This document shows, one piece after another, positions 7,232 through 10,033 of a stretch of 10,033 nt of DNA. The stretch's first letter is position 1; each line of letters starts with the position of its first letter. Under the pieces are notes generated by a model, which was not told where the DNA came from, made no database searches, and saw only the letters and a list, made by a program, of their open reading frames with translations. The position numbers and the translations under genes are program-made. Origin of the DNA: Histomonas meleagridis 2922-C6/04-290x. Taxonomy: Eukaryota > Protista > Parabasalia. The stretch lies in assembly GCA_020184695.1 (NCBI GenBank), contig JAANOX010000172.1, positions 1 through 10,033 of the forward strand, read 5' to 3'.

Positions 7232-7528
7232 ATGAGTAAGTTAACAGTTGACCGCAAAAATAAAATACGAAAGAATCAAGTGATAGATTTTATCGTTTGG
7301 TATGATACATTGAAAGATAGTTTAAAAAATATGAGCCGTTCAAAAATTCAAGAGCTTTATTTAAATGACTCTGGCGTCGCTGTCTCAAATAATTTTGTGG
7401 CACAAATATTTAAAAACGACTATTTGATAAAAGGGAACAAGGTTTATAGGTTATATGGCTTGATTAATGACGGCGTTAATGAAAACAAAGACGGAGAGAA
7501 TGAAGAAGAAGACAAAGAAATACATTAA
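7232..7528 (+). CDS. Small protein (98 aa), probable HTH DNA-binding protein, likely paralogue of 5385..5654
   Basis: KNQ..IDF...D.LK..LK...RS...E.....SGVAVS pattern aligns by eye with the 5385 protein. Acidic C-terminus. Confidence 0.6.
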   Translation: MSKLTVDRKNKIRKNQVIDFIVWYDTLKDSLKNMSRSKIQELYLNDSGVAVSNNFVAQIFKNDYLIKGNKVYRLYGLINDGVNENKDGENEEEDKEIH

Positions 7529-7630
7529 CGAAAAGGATTATTTTGAAACGTGTCAAAACAAGAATTTTTTAGTGTGAATGACAAAATTAATTGAAAAAAT
7601 AAAACGACAAAATTAATTATAAAATATAAA

Positions 7631-8203
7631 TTAAAAGTCATTCATGAGAAGAGAACGTAATTTATTTTTCTCTTCATTCTCTACAGCAACAAAAACTAAC
7701 GCTTGAAATAAAGCATCTGCCACGTCATCTTTCTTATCAAACGATTCGAAAGAACTTATACACTCATTTTTTGTATTTTTCAAAAAATTACTTATCAATC
7801 GCACACTTAGTTTTTTATGTTCTTTATTCTTTGTATTATAACTGATTTTTAATTTTGAAAATTTACTTTTTGGATCAAATAATATTATATCTTCAGGTTG
7901 AACGTAATTTAGAGATATAGAAATAATGCTATACATTAAACAGCTCGCGATAATGTTTTGTTTTACTTGTCGTTCAATTATTATTTTATGAAAAGCATAT
8001 TTTTCAGCAATAATTTCAAATATATTTTTTAATTGTAATGCTCTATCAATCGAAACTTGAAATTTTGACTTCGTTTTTGTTAAATCAAACAATTTAATAT
8101 CAACGGATAGCTCATTAAAACCTTTGATGTAATCGGAAATGATTACAACAGCGAGATTTTTAATTCCAATATCAATTGAAACAATAACTTTTTGTTTTTG
8201 CAT
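7631..8203 (-). CDS. Holliday junction resolvase, RuvC-like / poxvirus A22 family (about 190 aa)
   Basis: Catalytic acidic motifs IVSIDIGIKNLA, IIIERQ and KKDDVADALFQA, plus FDPKSKF and HKKLSV, all typical of A22-type resolvases. The likely start is the ATG of MQKQK (8203, TAAAATG context) rather than 8248. Confidence 0.9.
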   Translation of the reverse strand: MQKQKVIVSIDIGIKNLAVVIISDYIKGFNELSVDIKLFDLTKTKSKFQVSIDRALQLKNIFEIIAEKYAFHKIIIERQVKQNIIASCLMYSIISISLNYVQPEDIILFDPKSKFSKLKISYNTKNKEHKKLSVRLISNFLKNTKNECISSFESFDKKDDVADALFQALVFVAVENEEKNKLRSLLMNDF

Positions 8204-8270
8204 TTTAATTAAATTAAAAGTTATAAATGAAAACATAAATAAGAACATAAATAAGAACTTTCAAACACAA

Positions 8271-8577
8271 TCACTTAACGACAACGTAAATTTAAAACAA
8301 GTATTTTTAAGTGTGAATGACTTAAAATTTGTTGTTCAGTAATTACAAAAACGATAATGAAGTCTCATTAACGACAACGTAAATTTAAAACAAGTATTTT
8401 TAAGTGTGAATGACTTAAAATTTGATATTCAGTAATTACAAAAACAATAATGAAAATCATTAACGACAACGTGAATTTGAAACAAGTATTTTTAAGTGTG
8501 AATGACTTAAAATTTGATATTCAGTAATTACAAAAACAATAATGAAAATCATTTAACGACAAACGTAAATTTAAAAC
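8271..8577. repeat. Tandem array of 92-93-nt units (three full, one partial)
   Basis: TTAACGACAA at 8275, 8368, 8460 and 8553. Each full unit has the perfect inverted repeat TTTTAAGT-gtgaatg-ACTTAAAA. A degenerate copy lies near 7523-7590. Confidence 0.95.
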
Positions 8578-8632
8578 GTGTGGATTTGAGCGCTAGATGT
8601 TTAAATCTTGATGATTCATTCATCCGAAGTTA

Positions 8633-8697
8633 TTGATTGTGTCGAAAAGTTCTTATTCTTGATGTTACATTTGTGATTGTGTCGAAAAGTTCTTATT
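8633..8697. repeat. Two copies of TGATTGTGTCGAAAAGTTCTTATT, 40-nt period
   Basis: GTCGAAAAGT at 8641 and 8681. Same period and core as the 9505-9987 array. Confidence 0.85.
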
Positions 8698-8714
8698 AAC
8701 TGAGGTTTTGATGT

Positions 8715-8855
8715 AAAAAGTATCTTTTAATTTTTAAAAATATTTTTTTAACCCGAAAAAGTTAACCTCTTACAAACTCGAGTAAATCAGCGTTTTTCGG
8801 ATGATTTGACGTGAATATTGCAAGTTTACTGCAGTTACTGAAAGGTTAACTTTTT
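8715..8855. repeat. Diverged dispersed repeat, copy 2, with a 13-bp perfect inverted repeat
   Basis: Similar to 1644..1750. AAAAAGTTAACCT (8756-8768) and AGGTTAACTTTTT (8843-8855) are exact reverse complements. Confidence 0.65.
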
Positions 8856-8905
8856 TTGTTTTTTAACCTTGAATTTTTTATATATATTTTTTGATGAATG
8901 AAGTC

Positions 8906-9408
8906 TCATTAACGACTAAACGTGAATTTGAAACAAGTATTTTTTTCAGTAGAATGACAAGAAAATACAAGGACGTTTATGATATTATTAATTCTATGTT
9001 TGATTTTTCATATTATTTTAATAATGACAAACTAACTAACTAACTAAAAAAGTTATTAGCTAAAGGAAATTTCAAATTGACGATTGAGTTTCTCCGTTCA
9101 GATGATTTGACGTGAATATTGAGTGTTTACGTGAGCTGCTGATGATTCATTAACGACTAAACGTGAATTTAGAAACATGTATTTTTCAGTAGAATGACAA
9201 GAAAATACAAGGACGCGAATGATATATATTAATCCTATGTTTGTTTTTTCATAAAATAAATACTACCTGATAACTTGATATACCAGGTAGTTACCAGGTA
9301 ATATTGCGATTAGCTAAAGGAAATTTCAAATTGACGATTGAGTTTCTCCGTTCAGATGATTTCACACGAATATTAAGTGTTTACGTGAGCTGTTAATAAT
9401 CATTAACG
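8906..9408. repeat. Two tandem units of about 241-253 nt with conserved flanks and unrelated central segments
   Basis: TCATTAACG at 8906, 9147 and 9400. The blocks CAGTAGAATGACAAGAAAATACAAGGACG and ATTAGCTAAAGGAAATTTCAAATTGACGATTGAGTTTCTCCGTTCAGATGATTT are each duplicated exactly. Confidence 0.9.
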
Positions 9409-9504
9409 TTAGAAATTGATTTAAAACAACAATTTTTGAGCATAAATGACTCATTTCCACATATCATTCAATGACTCATTAACGTGAATGTTGATTTTAC
9501 AAGT

Positions 9505-9987
9505 TTCTTGTTCTTCAATCTTCGGATAATAAATGATTGTGTCGAATGAATCTTATATTTTGTTCTTCGTTAATGATTGTGTCGAATGAATCTTATATTT
9601 TGTTCTTCGTTAATGATTGTATCAAATGAATCTTATTTCTTGTTATTCATTAATGATTGTGTCGAATGAATCTTATTTCTTGTTATTCATTAATGATTGT
9701 ATCAAATGAATCTTATATTTTGTTATTCAATCTTCGGATAATAAATGATTGTGTCGAATGAATCTTATATTTTGTTCTTCGTTAATGATTGTGTCGAATG
9801 AATCTTATATTTTGTTCTTCGTTAATGATTGTATCAAATGAATCTTTATATTTTTGTTCTTCATTAATGATTGTGTCGAATGAATCGTATTTCTTGTTAT
9901 TCCATAATGGTTGTAGCAAATGAATCTTGTATTTTGTTCTTCAATCTTCGGATAATAAATGATTGTGTCGACTGAATCTTATTTCTT
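9505..9987. repeat. Tandem array of 11 units of about 40 nt with a five-unit higher-order repeat (212-214 nt)
   Basis: Unit anchors at 9541, 9581, 9621, 9661, 9701, 9753, 9793, 9833, 9875, 9915 and 9967. The insert CAATCTTCGGATAAT occurs at 9516, 9728 and 9942. Confidence 0.95.
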
Positions 9988-10033
9988 GATTCTCTGAAGA
10001 TTTAAGTGTTTGATGTTGTCGTTGACGTTATAA

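Larger units (their letters stand above)
1..10033. mobile_element. Part of a eukaryote-associated virus-like or plasmid-like element (endogenised or free); boundaries not visible
   Basis: The recognisable genes are D5-like primase-helicases and an A22-type resolvase, a pairing known from large eukaryotic DNA viruses. No cellular housekeeping genes, capsid, polymerase or integrase were seen, so the class cannot be fixed. Confidence 0.6.

Noticed and set aside
5382-8207. Poxvirus late-promoter TAAATG at four gene starts (5382, 6026; TAAAATG at 7228 and 8201-8207 minus)
   Set aside because: A-rich start contexts are expected in AT-rich eukaryotic genomes, so this does not diagnose a poxvirus-type promoter.
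8139-8342. 67-aa plus-strand ORF
   Set aside because: It overlaps the resolvase antisense and the 93-nt array.
6440-8607. Integron attC sites between gene cassettes
   Set aside because: No consistent RYYYAAC...GTTRRRY boundaries, genes face both directions, no integron integrase, and the context looks eukaryotic.
2067-9987. CRISPR arrays
   Set aside because: The arrays are head-to-tail tandem units without unique spacers of regular length, and no cas genes are present.
1-10033. Assignment as Maverick/Polinton or a named NCLDV family
   Set aside because: No protein-primed PolB, retroviral-type integrase, capsid, packaging ATPase or terminal inverted repeats are visible in this window.

Overview
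Very AT-rich window (roughly a quarter G+C by eye). I saw no ribosome-binding sites or operon structure. It reads as a eukaryote-associated virus-like or plasmid-like replication island. It carries two diverged D5-like/SF3 (DUF5906-type) helicase genes. The first (254..1625, +) is broken by five homopolymer frameshifts and one stop, all within about 210 bp. The second (3249..5310, -) has one frameshift and a partial Prim-Pol-like N-terminus that the ORF track misses. The window also holds a poxvirus A22/RuvC-type Holliday junction resolvase (7631..8203, -), two small, probably paralogous HTH-like proteins and one orphan ORF. Most intergenic DNA consists of tandem arrays (40, 55, 62/78 and 93 nt units) that share motifs: TGTCGA, CATTAACG and a TTTAAG(T/C)-N7-(A/G)CTTAAA inverted repeat. 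A GC-rich, origin-like 103-bp direct repeat brackets a 3,956-bp segment holding helicase 2 and one HTH gene, which could be an excisable mini-replicon. I found no capsid, packaging ATPase, DNA polymerase, integrase, rRNA, tRNA or CRISPR array. A parabasalid-like (Trichomonas/Tritrichomonas) host is my recollection-based guess and needs a database search.
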